Translations under genes and position numbers: made by a program
Source of the DNA: an uncultured Clostridia bacterium
Lineage (GTDB): Bacteria; Bacillota; Clostridia; Oscillospirales; Acutalibacteraceae
Direction of reading: 5' to 3'
NCBI GenBank assembly: GCA_937906895.1
Contig: CALCTT010000100.1
Span: 18,937 to 82,936, forward strand
Length of the DNA: 64,000 nucleotides
Shown: one piece after another, positions 1-10,029 of the stretch
Layout of the letters: each line of letters opens with the position of its first letter
How positions within the stretch are numbered: the stretch's first letter is position 1
Notes under the pieces: model-generated
Databases searched by the model: none
Told to the model about the DNA's origin: nothing
Seen by the model: only the letters and a program-made list of their open reading frames with translations

Positions 1-770
1 CAGATGTTGACTCCTCATTATTGCTGTTTTGCAAGGAAATTAAAAAGCATTGTAAGGTTGCATTATCAGGAGAATGTGCAGACGAGGTTTTCGGCGGATA
101 TCCCTGGTATCGTGATAAGGAAATAAGAGCAATCAACGGTTTCCCTTGGGCACAGTCAACACAATATCGAAAATCTTTTATTAGAAACGATATAAAACTG
201 CCCGATGCTGAAAATTATGTTTATTCAAGATATAAGGACACTTTAATTAACACATCAAAAATGGATGGTATCTCCCCGCTTGAATCACGAATGAAGGAAA
301 TGATGAAGTTAAATGTGGATTGGTTTATGCAGACGCTTCTTGACAGAAAAGACAGAATGAGTATGTATAACGGACTTGAAGTCAGAGTACCGTTTTGCGA
401 TTACAGAATTGTTGAATATCTTTATTCAGTACCTTGGGAATTTAAAGACTATAAATCCTATGAAAAAGGCTTGTTAAGAGAAGCGGTTAAGGACATTTTA
501 CCCGATGAGATATTATGGAGAAAAAAGAGTCCGTATCCGAAAACACATAATCCCGAATATCTGAAAATTGTGTCAAATATGTTATCAGAAATAGTTGAAA
601 ATGATAGCTCACCTGTGTTATCATTTATACGAAAAGAAGAGTTGCAAAAATTATTGAAAGCTGACACATCAACACCTTGGTACGGTCAGTTAATGACAAC
701 TCCTCAGACTATAGCTTATTTTATTCAGATAAACTATTGGCTGACCAAATACAAAATAAGAATAATATAA
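1..770 (+). CDS. asnB: asparagine synthase (glutamine-hydrolysing), C-terminal part; 5' end outside window
   Basis: Frame is open from nt 3. Translation contains SGECADEVFGGYPWY and the rest of an AsnB-type synthetase domain. Stop at 768-770. Confidence 0.85.
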   Translation, partial: DVDSSLLLFCKEIKKHCKVALSGECADEVFGGYPWYRDKEIRAINGFPWAQSTQYRKSFIRNDIKLPDAENYVYSRYKDTLINTSKMDGISPLESRMKEMMKLNVDWFMQTLLDRKDRMSMYNGLEVRVPFCDYRIVEYLYSVPWEFKDYKSYEKGLLREAVKDILPDEILWRKKSPYPKTHNPEYLKIVSNMLSEIVENDSSPVLSFIRKEELQKLLKADTSTPWYGQLMTTPQTIAYFIQINYWLTKYKIRII

Positions 771-781
771 AGGATGATAAA

Positions 782-1735
782 ATGAAAAACGGAGATTTAA
801 AAAAAGTTGCACTTGTAGGTACAGGATTCGTAGGTATGAGTTTTGCTTATGCTCTTTTAAACAGTGGCGAATGTGACCAGCTTGTGCTTATAGATGTTAA
901 TAAAGCAAAAGCACATGGTGAGGCTATGGACTTGAACCACGGTCTTCCGTTTGCTAAAAGAAACATGCTTATTTATGACGGTGAATATTGTGATTGTCAC
1001 GATGCTGATATTGTTGTAATCGCAGCAGGTGTCGGTCAAAGAGATGGTGAAGACAGAATTTCACTTCTTAATCGAAATTATGAAGTATTCAAGTCAATTA
1101 TAAAGCCAATTGTGGATAGTGGATTTGACGGAATTTTCCTCGTTGCAACAAACCCTGTTGACATTATGACAAAGATTACACTTGAATTATCAGGATTTAA
1201 TCCGTCAAGAGTAATCGGTAGCGGTACAACACTCGATACAGCACGACTTCGCTATCTTTTAGGTGATTATTTCTCAATCGACCCGAGAAATGTTCACGCT
1301 TATGTTATCGGTGAACACGGTGATAGCGAAATTGTACCTTGGTCACAGGCGTATATCACAACAAAAAAGGTTTATGATATTATCGATTCTTCAAACGGAA
1401 GATTCAGTTTTGAGGAATTAAACAAAATAAGCAAAAGTGTTACAGGTGCTGCAATGGAAATCATCAGAGCAAAACAAGCGACATATTACGGAATCGGAAT
1501 GTCACTTGTTAGAATTGTAAGAGCAATTTTTGGTGATGAAAAAAGTGCATTGACCGTTTCTGTAATGCTTAACGGACAGTATGGCATTGAGGGTGTATAT
1601 GCAGGGTTACCTGCTATAATCGGCAGAAACGGAATTGAAGATATAATTGTTCTTGATTTAAAAGAAAATGAAAGAACAGCATTTATAAATTCTTGCAATT
1701 TCTTAAAAGAAACCGCAAAACAAATCGGATTTTAA
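782..1735 (+). CDS. ldh: L-lactate dehydrogenase
   Basis: KVALVGTGFVGMSFAYAL Rossmann motif, GEHGDSE and LDH-like C-terminus. ATG at 782 preferred because the ORF-track start at 677 overlaps asnB. Confidence 0.9.
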   Translation: MKNGDLKKVALVGTGFVGMSFAYALLNSGECDQLVLIDVNKAKAHGEAMDLNHGLPFAKRNMLIYDGEYCDCHDADIVVIAAGVGQRDGEDRISLLNRNYEVFKSIIKPIVDSGFDGIFLVATNPVDIMTKITLELSGFNPSRVIGSGTTLDTARLRYLLGDYFSIDPRNVHAYVIGEHGDSEIVPWSQAYITTKKVYDIIDSSNGRFSFEELNKISKSVTGAAMEIIRAKQATYYGIGMSLVRIVRAIFGDEKSALTVSVMLNGQYGIEGVYAGLPAIIGRNGIEDIIVLDLKENERTAFINSCNFLKETAKQIGF

Positions 1736-1752
1736 TATTAATGCTAAAAATC

Positions 1753-1789
1753 AGCAGGGAAGATTTTTAATTGTCTTCCCTGCTCTTTT
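1753..1789. terminator. bidirectional intrinsic terminator between convergent ldh and spoIVB
   Basis: 11-bp perfect stem AGCAGGGAAGA / TCTTCCCTGCT (1753-1763 / 1774-1784) followed by CTTTT. Confidence 0.7.
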
Positions 1790-1791
1790 GA

Positions 1792-3030
1792 TTATGATGC
1801 TGAATTAAATTGTTCTGTACTTGCTTTTGGCTGTTTATTGGAAGTTTCTATCATTCTTTCAGCGAAAATTGCATATCCTTGCTTTGGATTGTTTACAAAA
1901 ACGTGAGTTACTGCTCCTACAAGCATACCATTCTGAATTATGGGACTGCCACTCATACCTTGGATTATTCCACCTGTTTTTTCTAATAATTCTTCATCGG
2001 TCACTTTAATAATCATATCTTTATTTACTGATGTTGCATTTGAATATATTTTTACTATCTCCACCTCATAGATTTGTGGTTCTGCTTTTGTTACCGTACA
2101 GATAATGTTTGCTTTTCCCTCTTTAACCTCTGTTTTTACTGCAACAGGTATCTCAGTTGTCTTATTTGTATTTGAATATCCATAAATACCAGTTACATCA
2201 TTTAAACATAATATTCCGCTCTTATCACCTGTAAGAGTTCCGCAAAGCTCCCCTACTTTTCCGAATGAACTTTTATTAAGTCCGCTAAGGGTAACGTCTG
2301 CCATTACACCGGATTTCATTGGCATTATTTCATTTGTATCAATATCATATATAGGATGTCCGAGACCTGCAAATGTATTGTTATTTTTATTATAAAATGT
2401 TACTGTTCCAAGTCCTGCTGTACTATCACGAACCCAAAGTCCGGCACGATACTTATTGCTGTCCTTTTCGAGAACTGTTTGAAATTCAACATCAATTGTT
2501 TTGTCTTTTCTTAAAATTGATAACTGTAATTTCTCTCCTTTACTTTCTTGCAGAAGTTTTGAAAAATGTGATGATGATGTAACGCTTACACCATTTATCG
2601 ATTTTACAATGTCCCCTGTTTTTAAATTTGAAATTTTAGCAGGACAAGTTGTGCCGTTTTCTGTTTCTATTTCTTCAAAATCCACTATTATTACACCATC
2701 TGTATATAACTTTATTCCAAACAGCTCACCGCCCGGAATTACATACTGCCTTTTTGCATTATATATTACTGTTTCTTTTACGGGAATTATATTTAATAGT
2801 TTAATTTTTGTTTTTTGAGGATATGACGATGTTTTCATTACTGTATCAAGCTGTCCGTTATCACCAATACTATATAAATTAACACCTAAATCATTTGAAA
2901 TATTAAATTCCTCATCCTCAATTACTGTTATCTTATCAGGAATATTTTTTTCACCAACATAAATTACTGAAAATATTATTAAACACAAGCTTGTACACAA
3001 AACTGTTAATTTTTTTATAAAATTTTGCAA
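1792..3030 (-). CDS. spoIVB: SpoIVB peptidase (stage IV sporulation signalling serine protease, PDZ + S55 domains)
   Basis: PDZ-like segment, LGHPI and GMSGSPIIQNG...AVTHVF catalytic region. TTG start at 3030 preferred because GGAGGTG lies 7 nt upstream; the ORF track extends to a GTG at 3057. Confidence 0.85.
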   Translation of the reverse strand: MQNFIKKLTVLCTSLCLIIFSVIYVGEKNIPDKITVIEDEEFNISNDLGVNLYSIGDNGQLDTVMKTSSYPQKTKIKLLNIIPVKETVIYNAKRQYVIPGGELFGIKLYTDGVIIVDFEEIETENGTTCPAKISNLKTGDIVKSINGVSVTSSSHFSKLLQESKGEKLQLSILRKDKTIDVEFQTVLEKDSNKYRAGLWVRDSTAGLGTVTFYNKNNNTFAGLGHPIYDIDTNEIMPMKSGVMADVTLSGLNKSSFGKVGELCGTLTGDKSGILCLNDVTGIYGYSNTNKTTEIPVAVKTEVKEGKANIICTVTKAEPQIYEVEIVKIYSNATSVNKDMIIKVTDEELLEKTGGIIQGMSGSPIIQNGMLVGAVTHVFVNNPKQGYAIFAERMIETSNKQPKASTEQFNSAS

Positions 3031-3096
3031 ATTATCACCTCCGAAGATTTTTTTCACAATAATAATTTGCCTTAATTTTATAAAAATATATAAGGT

Positions 3097-3149
3097 AAAA
3101 AAATAACCTTACGGTTGATTTTCACTAATAATGAAAATACCGTAAGGTT
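3097..3149 (-). terminator. intrinsic terminator after aroK
   Basis: Long hairpin AACCTTACGG..ATTTTCA / TGAAAAT..CCGTAAGGTT (3105-3149), followed on the minus strand by a T7 run (3097-3103). Confidence 0.75.
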
Positions 3150-3161
3150 TATCTTAATTTA

Positions 3162-3656
3162 TTATTTAAGTAATTTGCAAATTCTTTCAACAGTTTCTTC
3201 AACATTTGAATTATTCAAATCAAGAATATAATCTGCATATTTTTCATACAACGGATATCTTTGATTAAATATATCATCAATTGTCTGTGATTTTTCAGCA
3301 GCAACACCTCGAGTGTTTATGTTATCAAGTCGATTTTTTATTTCAGGTAATGAAACATTAAGAAAGAAAATATTTCCATTTTCTTTCAAGTGCTTCATCG
3401 ACTCTTCTCTGAAAACCACACTTCCGCCTGTTGCAACAACTGAAGCTTTACAATCCAAGGCTTTAACCGCTTCTGCTTCACAATCAAGGAACTTTTCAAT
3501 TCCGTCAGTATCGATAATATCCTGCAACAATCTATTTTCACGCTGTTGAATAATTAAATCTGTATCAACAAAGCCGATACCAAGTGTTTTTGCAAGTATA
3601 ACACCGACTGTGCTTTTACCACAGCCGGGCATACCGATAAGAACTATATTAGACAT
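3162..3656 (-). CDS. aroK: shikimate kinase
   Basis: IVLIGMPGCGKSTVG P-loop, DTD motif, 164 aa size. Confidence 0.85.
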   Translation of the reverse strand: MSNIVLIGMPGCGKSTVGVILAKTLGIGFVDTDLIIQQRENRLLQDIIDTDGIEKFLDCEAEAVKALDCKASVVATGGSVVFREESMKHLKENGNIFFLNVSLPEIKNRLDNINTRGVAAEKSQTIDDIFNQRYPLYEKYADYILDLNNSNVEETVERICKLLK

Positions 3657-3659
3657 AAT

Positions 3660-4622
3660 TTAGATTGAAATTTCGTGAGCAACCTTATACATATTAAGGT
3701 CAAGTGACTTTTTCATATTGAGTGCTTCAAAAATATCGTAATCTACAATTTCATCGTGCTGCATTGCGATAACTCTGTTGCCGATACCCTCTTTAAGAAG
3801 TTCAACAGCTTTGTTACCCATAAGAGAAGCAGTAACTCTGTCGCGAACTGTCGGATGACCACCACGCTGAACGTGTCCGAGAATTGTTGCACGTGATTCA
3901 ACACCTGTTTCATTTTCAATTCTCTTTGCCATTTCTTCAACGCCACCGATACCTTCAGCAACAACAATAATGAAATGTCTTTTACCTGTCAACTGTGTTC
4001 TCTTCATTCTGTCAATAACATCACGCTGGAAGTCATACTCAACTTCAGGAATAAGAATTGAAGTTGCACCACAAGCAATACCAGCGTTAAGTGCAATATA
4101 ACCTGCACGTCTGCCCATAACCTCAACAACTGTACAACGGTCATGTGATTCAGATGTATCGCGAAGTCTGTCAACCATCTGGAGAACAGTATTCATTGCA
4201 GTATCATAACCGATTGTATAGTCACTACATGCAATATCGTTGTCGATTGTTCCGGGAACACCAACACATGGAAGTCCACGGAGAGATAAGTCACGAGCAC
4301 CTCTGAATGAACCGTCACCACCAATTACAACGATACCGTCAAGTCCAACATCCTTAGCAACCTTAAGTGCTTTCTGAAGACCTTCTTCAGTTTTGAATTC
4401 AGGACTTCTTGCAGAATAAAGGAAAGTACCGCCACGATTGATAATGTTAGAAACTGAACGAAGGTTCATTTCATACATATCACCCTGCATAAGGCCATTA
4501 TAGCCTCTTCTGATACCCATAACACGCATTCCGTTTTCACATGCTGTACGAACAACAGAACGAATTGCAGCATTCATACCAGGAGCGTCGCCGCCACTTG
4601 TAAGTACACCTATAGTTTTCAT
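3660..4622 (-). CDS. pfkA: ATP-dependent 6-phosphofructokinase
   Basis: IGVLTSGGDAPGMNAAIR, GGDGS, PGTIDND motifs. Confidence 0.93.
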   Translation of the reverse strand: MKTIGVLTSGGDAPGMNAAIRSVVRTACENGMRVMGIRRGYNGLMQGDMYEMNLRSVSNIINRGGTFLYSARSPEFKTEEGLQKALKVAKDVGLDGIVVIGGDGSFRGARDLSLRGLPCVGVPGTIDNDIACSDYTIGYDTAMNTVLQMVDRLRDTSESHDRCTVVEVMGRRAGYIALNAGIACGATSILIPEVEYDFQRDVIDRMKRTQLTGKRHFIIVVAEGIGGVEEMAKRIENETGVESRATILGHVQRGGHPTVRDRVTASLMGNKAVELLKEGIGNRVIAMQHDEIVDYDIFEALNMKKSLDLNMYKVAHEISI

Positions 4623-4710
4623 TTAATCACCCTTTTATTATATGCTAATTATTTCCAAATTGAATATTAATAATATCATACTTAATGATAAAATGCAAGT
4701 AATATGTCGA

Positions 4711-7700
4711 TTATATTTGTAATATGACATTTTGTTCCCCTGCTACATCTTTTAAATTATATAAAAGATTATCGTTTACAGTAATTTTTTTACAAGGGAA
4801 ATACTTTTTACTGTTTGCAAAATAGAAGTAAACAGGAGTATTACCTTGATTCGCAGAAGAAATCAGTTCATTGCAACTAAAATATATTGGAGAAGACTCA
4901 TTTTCAACTCTGATAAAAAGTCCTTTTCGCTTACTCTGATTACTCTTTGCATTTTCAGCACTATCAGCAAAATCGAGAATAATTTTCGGGTTTTCTTCCT
5001 CCTTCATTGAAAGTCTGCCACCGACAAAAATCACATTACTATTGTAAAGTAAATTCGAGTATTTTGTAAAAAGTTTCGGGAATATTACAACTTCAATTGA
5101 GCCTGTAACACCCTCAACTGTCACAAAAGCCATTGTGTCCCCTGCTTTTGTGCGTTTTCTTGTGATATTACTTATTATACCCATTATTTTTACTGAAACT
5201 GTGTCTTCGTATTTGGAATTATAATCATTATCTGAAGATATAATTTCACCGATATCATCACATTTAAGCTTTTGTGCAAGGTCCTTATACTGCTCCATCG
5301 GATGAGAAGAAATATAAAGTCCTGTTGTTTCTTTTTCCATCATAAGTTTCGTTTGTGATGGAAATTCTTCCATTTTTTTCATTACAAACTCATTACTTGA
5401 AGCATTGTTCATAATATCGAAAAATCCAATTTGTCCTTCAAGATTTCTTCGTCTTGAAGAGTCAAGGTCGTCGATAATATCAGGAAGATTTATAAGCATT
5501 TCCTGACGATTATTTCCAAGTCCGTCAAGTGCACCACTTTTTATAAGTCCTTCAACTGCACGACGGTTAAAGCCTTTTCCGTGAGTTCGTTTACAGAAAG
5601 AATAAAATGATGTGAATTTACCGTTTAATCTTCTTTCATTGATAATAGTATCAATATAATCATGACCTAAATTTTTTATTGCAAGAAGACCAAACATTAC
5701 AGTTTTATTATTATCTTCACTTACTGTAAAAGTTTTATTACTTACATTTACATTTGGTGGAAGAATACTGATATTGTTATTTTTACAGGACTGAATATAG
5801 TCTGCAATTTTTGTTGAATTATCAAGGACACTTGTAAGCAAAGATGCCATAAATTCACTTGGATAATAGTATTTTAAATATGCTGTTCTGTATGCAACAA
5901 CAGCATAAGCTGCTGCGTGAGATTTATTGAAAGCATAAGATGCAAATGATGACATATCGTCAAAAATTTCGTTTGCAACTCTGTTTTCAATTCCATTTTT
6001 AAGACAACCTTCAAGGAAGAATGTTCTTTCTTCTTCCATTACCTTATGCTTTTTCTTTGACATTGCACGACGGACAATATCAGCACGTCCGAGGGAATAT
6101 CCTGCCAAAGTACGAAAAATCTGCATTACCTGTTCCTGATAAACCATACAGCCATAAGTAACATCAAGAATTTCTTTGAGCATTGGTGTTTTATATCGGA
6201 TATATTCAGGATTGTGTCTGTTTTGAATGTATGTGTCAATTGAATCCATCGGACCGGGTCTGTAAAGAGAAATAACAGCAATAATATCCTCAAGATTTGT
6301 GGGTTTAAGTCGCATAAACACGCTTCTCATACCACTTGATTCACATTGGAAAACACCGTCAGTCTGTCCGTTTGTGAAAAGTGAATAGACATTTTTATCG
6401 TCATAAGGAATTTTATCAATGTCAAACTCTGGATTTTTCTTTTTAACCATTTTAACACAATCGTTAATAACAGTTAATGTTCTAAGTCCCAAAAAGTCCA
6501 TTTTGAGAAGTCCAAGTTCTTCAATTGTAGTCATTGTAAACTGTGTTACAACAGACTCGTCATTACAAGCAAGTGGCACATAGTCACTTACAGGTCTGTC
6601 TGTGATAACAATACCTGCTGCATGAGTTGAAGAATTTCGTGGCATACCCTCAACACTTTTTGCGGTATCAACTAAATTTTTAATCTGTGTATCACTATCA
6701 TATAAAGTTTTAAACTCTTCACTTTCTTGGAGTGCTTTTTCAATTGTGATACCCAAAGTTCTTGGAATTTTCTTTGCAACATTGTCAACAGTTGCATAAG
6801 GGAGTCCCATTGCTCTGCCAACATCACGGATTGCAGCACGGGCAGCCATCGTACCAAAGGTTATAATCTGTGAAACGTGGTCAGAGCCGTATTTATCGAT
6901 AACATAGTCAATAACTTCCTGTCTTCTTTCGTAGCAAAAGTCAACGTCAATATCAGGCATACTGACTCTGTCGGGATTTAAAAATCGTTCAAAAATAAGA
7001 TTATATTTTATTGGGTCTATATTAGTAATTCCCATACAGTATGCACATATACTGCCTGCACCTGAGCCTCTTCCGGGACCTACAGGAATCCCTTTGTTAC
7101 GAGCATATTCTATAAAATCGGCAACAATAAGGAAATAGTCAACATATCCCATATTGCTGATAACGGAAAGCTCGTATTCGAGTCTGTCAATATATAATTT
7201 ATCGGGATTTTCACCATATCTTTGTTTTAATCCCTCAAAGCATTTCATTCTGAAGTAATCATAATGAGAATAGCCCTCAGGAACTGTAAAATTAGGCAAT
7301 TTTGTGTTACCGAATTCAAAGTCAAAATTACACATATCAGCAATTTTTTGAGTATTGTCAATTGCTTCTTGTGTTTTTGAGAATAGTTCTCTCATTTCCT
7401 GTTCGGTTTTAAGATAGAAATTATCACTTTCAAATTCAAGTGAATTTTCTTCATCAACCGTATGGTTAGTAGCAATACAGATGAGGATTTTCTGAATATA
7501 TGCATCCTCTTTATTGACATAATGCACATCATTTGTAGCAACAAGTGGAATACCCGTTTCGTTTGAAAGTCTTACAAGACCATCGTTTACAATTAACTGT
7601 TCAGGAATACCGTGATTCTGCATTTCAAGGTAGTAATTGCCCTCACCAAAGAGTGCAGAATACCAGAGTGCGGTTTCTTTCGCCTTTAAATACTCACCAT

Positions 7701-8142
7701 TGGCAATATATTTAGGAATTTCACCTGCTAAACAAGCTGAAAGTGCAACAAGTCCCTCGTGATGCTTTTCTAATAATTCACGGTCAATTCGAGGTTTTGT
7801 GTAAAAGCCATCAACCCAAGCTGACGAAACTAATTTAATAAGATTCTTATATCCTGTTTCATTTTTACAAAGCAACACAAGATGATGTCTGTTAGAGTCA
7901 ATTCCGTGCACCTTATCAAATCGTGAACGACTTGCAACATAAACTTCACAACCGATAATTGGTTTTATTCCGTGTTTTTTTGCTGTTTTATAAAAATCAA
8001 CTGCACCGAATAGATTTCCGTGGTCGGTAATGGCAAGAGCAGTTTGTCCTCGTTCCTTTGCAGCAGAACAAAGCCTGTCAAGACGACACGCACCGTCAAG
8101 CAAGCTGTATTCTGTATGGACATGTAAATGAACGAAGGACAT
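4711..8142 (-). CDS. dnaE: DNA polymerase III alpha subunit (DnaE type, N-terminal PHP domain)
   Basis: MSFVHLHVHTEYSLLDG PHP start, 1143 aa, polymerase core motifs. Confidence 0.95.
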   Translation of the reverse strand: MSFVHLHVHTEYSLLDGACRLDRLCSAAKERGQTALAITDHGNLFGAVDFYKTAKKHGIKPIIGCEVYVASRSRFDKVHGIDSNRHHLVLLCKNETGYKNLIKLVSSAWVDGFYTKPRIDRELLEKHHEGLVALSACLAGEIPKYIANGEYLKAKETALWYSALFGEGNYYLEMQNHGIPEQLIVNDGLVRLSNETGIPLVATNDVHYVNKEDAYIQKILICIATNHTVDEENSLEFESDNFYLKTEQEMRELFSKTQEAIDNTQKIADMCNFDFEFGNTKLPNFTVPEGYSHYDYFRMKCFEGLKQRYGENPDKLYIDRLEYELSVISNMGYVDYFLIVADFIEYARNKGIPVGPGRGSGAGSICAYCMGITNIDPIKYNLIFERFLNPDRVSMPDIDVDFCYERRQEVIDYVIDKYGSDHVSQIITFGTMAARAAIRDVGRAMGLPYATVDNVAKKIPRTLGITIEKALQESEEFKTLYDSDTQIKNLVDTAKSVEGMPRNSSTHAAGIVITDRPVSDYVPLACNDESVVTQFTMTTIEELGLLKMDFLGLRTLTVINDCVKMVKKKNPEFDIDKIPYDDKNVYSLFTNGQTDGVFQCESSGMRSVFMRLKPTNLEDIIAVISLYRPGPMDSIDTYIQNRHNPEYIRYKTPMLKEILDVTYGCMVYQEQVMQIFRTLAGYSLGRADIVRRAMSKKKHKVMEEERTFFLEGCLKNGIENRVANEIFDDMSSFASYAFNKSHAAAYAVVAYRTAYLKYYYPSEFMASLLTSVLDNSTKIADYIQSCKNNNISILPPNVNVSNKTFTVSEDNNKTVMFGLLAIKNLGHDYIDTIINERRLNGKFTSFYSFCKRTHGKGFNRRAVEGLIKSGALDGLGNNRQEMLINLPDIIDDLDSSRRRNLEGQIGFFDIMNNASSNEFVMKKMEEFPSQTKLMMEKETTGLYISSHPMEQYKDLAQKLKCDDIGEIISSDNDYNSKYEDTVSVKIMGIISNITRKRTKAGDTMAFVTVEGVTGSIEVVIFPKLFTKYSNLLYNSNVIFVGGRLSMKEEENPKIILDFADSAENAKSNQSKRKGLFIRVENESSPIYFSCNELISSANQGNTPVYFYFANSKKYFPCKKITVNDNLLYNLKDVAGEQNVILQI

Positions 8143-8155
8143 AATTCAACCTCAA

Positions 8156-9427
8156 TTATTCAGTAACCTTTTTATAAAAATCAAAGCAATCGAATGTTGC
8201 GAAATAGTCTGCAGGAGTTTCTGCACGACGAATCATCTGGAAGCTTCCGTCTTCCTTAAGAAGAATTTCCGCTGATTTGAGTTTACCATTATAGTTGTAA
8301 CCCATAGCGAAACCGTGAGCACCTGTATCGTGGATAAAGAGCAAGTCACCCATATCTACTTTTGGCAACATTCTGTCAATTGCAAATTTATCGTTATTTT
8401 CGCAAAGTGAACCTGTTACATCATATTTATAGTCACAAGGCTCATTTTCCTTACCCATAACAGTAATATGGTGATATGCACCGTAAATTGCAGGACGCAT
8501 AAGGTTTACTGCACAAGCATCAACACCAATATACTCTTTATGTGTATGCTTTTCGTTGATTGCACGAGTTACAAGTGCACCATAAGGAGCTAACATAAAT
8601 CTGCCAAGTTCAGTATAAATTGCAACATCATCCATTCCTGCAGGTACAAGAACTTCGTTATACACCTTTTCTACACCTGCACCGATTGCGAAAATGTCGT
8701 TGCCTTCCTGTTCAGGACGATATGGAATACCGATACCGCCTGAAAGGTTGATAAATTTGATGTTTGCACCTGTTTCTTCTTTAAGTTTTACTGCAACTTC
8801 AAAAAGAGTTTTTGCAAGTGTTGGATAATATTCATTTGTTACTGTGTTACTTGCAAGGAATGCGTGAATACCAAATTCCTCAACACCTTTTGACTTCATA
8901 ATTTTGAATGCTTCAAAAAGTTGTTCAGTTGTCATACCGTATTTCGCGTCACCAGGGTTATCCATAATGTTATTTGCAATTGAGAAATATCCACCCGGAT
9001 TATAACGACAAGAAAGCTTCTTCGGAAGATAACCAAGTGTCTTTTCAAGAATATCAATATGTGTAATATCATCAAGGTTGATAATTGCACCAATGTCATC
9101 TGCGTACTTAAACTCTGCAGGCGGTGTATCGTTTGATGAGAACATAATGTCGTCACCTACTGCACCGATTGCCTTTGAAAGCATAAGTTCAGTAATTGAT
9201 GAACAGTCACAACCACAGCCGTATTCTCTTAAAATATTAATGAGGAATGGGTTTGGAGTTGCTTTTACTGCAAAATATTCCTTGAAACCTTTATTCCAAG
9301 CAAATGCTTTTTTAAGGTTTTCTGCATTTTTACGGATTCCTGCTTCATCATAAAGATGGAAAGGTGTCGGATAAACCTTTGCGATTTCTTCTAATTTTTC
9401 TTTTGTTGTAAATGGTACTTTGCTCAT
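8156..9427 (-). CDS. lysA: PLP-dependent group IV decarboxylase, most likely diaminopimelate decarboxylase
   Basis: TPFHLYDE, FAVKATPN (PLP lysine region), GGGIGIPY and C-terminal beta-barrel motifs. Confidence 0.7.
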   Translation of the reverse strand: MSKVPFTTKEKLEEIAKVYPTPFHLYDEAGIRKNAENLKKAFAWNKGFKEYFAVKATPNPFLINILREYGCGCDCSSITELMLSKAIGAVGDDIMFSSNDTPPAEFKYADDIGAIINLDDITHIDILEKTLGYLPKKLSCRYNPGGYFSIANNIMDNPGDAKYGMTTEQLFEAFKIMKSKGVEEFGIHAFLASNTVTNEYYPTLAKTLFEVAVKLKEETGANIKFINLSGGIGIPYRPEQEGNDIFAIGAGVEKVYNEVLVPAGMDDVAIYTELGRFMLAPYGALVTRAINEKHTHKEYIGVDACAVNLMRPAIYGAYHHITVMGKENEPCDYKYDVTGSLCENNDKFAIDRMLPKVDMGDLLFIHDTGAHGFAMGYNYNGKLKSAEILLKEDGSFQMIRRAETPADYFATFDCFDFYKKVTE

Positions 9428-9429
9428 TT

Positions 9430-10017
9430 TTATTCTCCTAAATATTGTTCAATATATTTTTTTACTGATTCAAGTCCTTCTCCGTTTTCAGAGGAGAAAG
9501 GAATAAGTCTTTCAGGTGACACAAAGCTCATTTCTTGCTTTGAACCTTCAAGTCTTGCCGTGTAGTCCTTTTTCTTTTTGAGTTTATCGCTCTTTGTCAT
9601 AACAACAATGAATTCATAACCGTTTGCTTGTAAAAACTCCATCATCATAAGGTCATCCTTTGTTGGCGGATGTCGCATATCAACAAGCTGTACAACAAGT
9701 TTGATGTTACGGTCAGAATTGAAATAACCTTCCATCATTTCTGCCCAGCGTTCTTTTTCCGTTTTAGCAACCTTTGCATAACCATAACCCGGCAAATCCA
9801 CAAAATTGTATTCATCAACCTGATAAAAGTTGATTGTAATTGTTTTACCGGGAACAGAGCTTACTCTTGCAAGGTTTTTTCGTTGAAACAATTTGTTGAG
9901 TAATGAACTCTTACCAACATTTGAACGACCTGCAAAAGCAATTTCAGGCAAATCAGACTCAGGTAACTGACTGAAAGTGCCATAAGCTGCTTTAAATTCT
10001 GCTTTATCGTATCTCAT
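9430..10017 (-). CDS. ysxC: ribosome biogenesis GTP-binding protein YsxC/EngB
   Basis: AFAGRSNVGKSSLLN G1 motif, DLPGYGYA, TKSDK. Conserved lon-ysxC neighbourhood. Confidence 0.9.
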   Translation of the reverse strand: MRYDKAEFKAAYGTFSQLPESDLPEIAFAGRSNVGKSSLLNKLFQRKNLARVSSVPGKTITINFYQVDEYNFVDLPGYGYAKVAKTEKERWAEMMEGYFNSDRNIKLVVQLVDMRHPPTKDDLMMMEFLQANGYEFIVVMTKSDKLKKKKDYTARLEGSKQEMSFVSPERLIPFSSENGEGLESVKKYIEQYLGE

Positions 10018-10029
10018 AAACTCTCCTTT

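Noticed and set aside
677-781. N-terminal extension of ldh given by the ORF track
   Set aside because: It overlaps the asnB 3' end. The LDH family N-terminus and Rossmann motif begin right after the ATG at 782.
700-781. Rex operator (TTGTGAA-N4-TTCACAA) upstream of ldh
   Set aside because: No match was found when reading the region.
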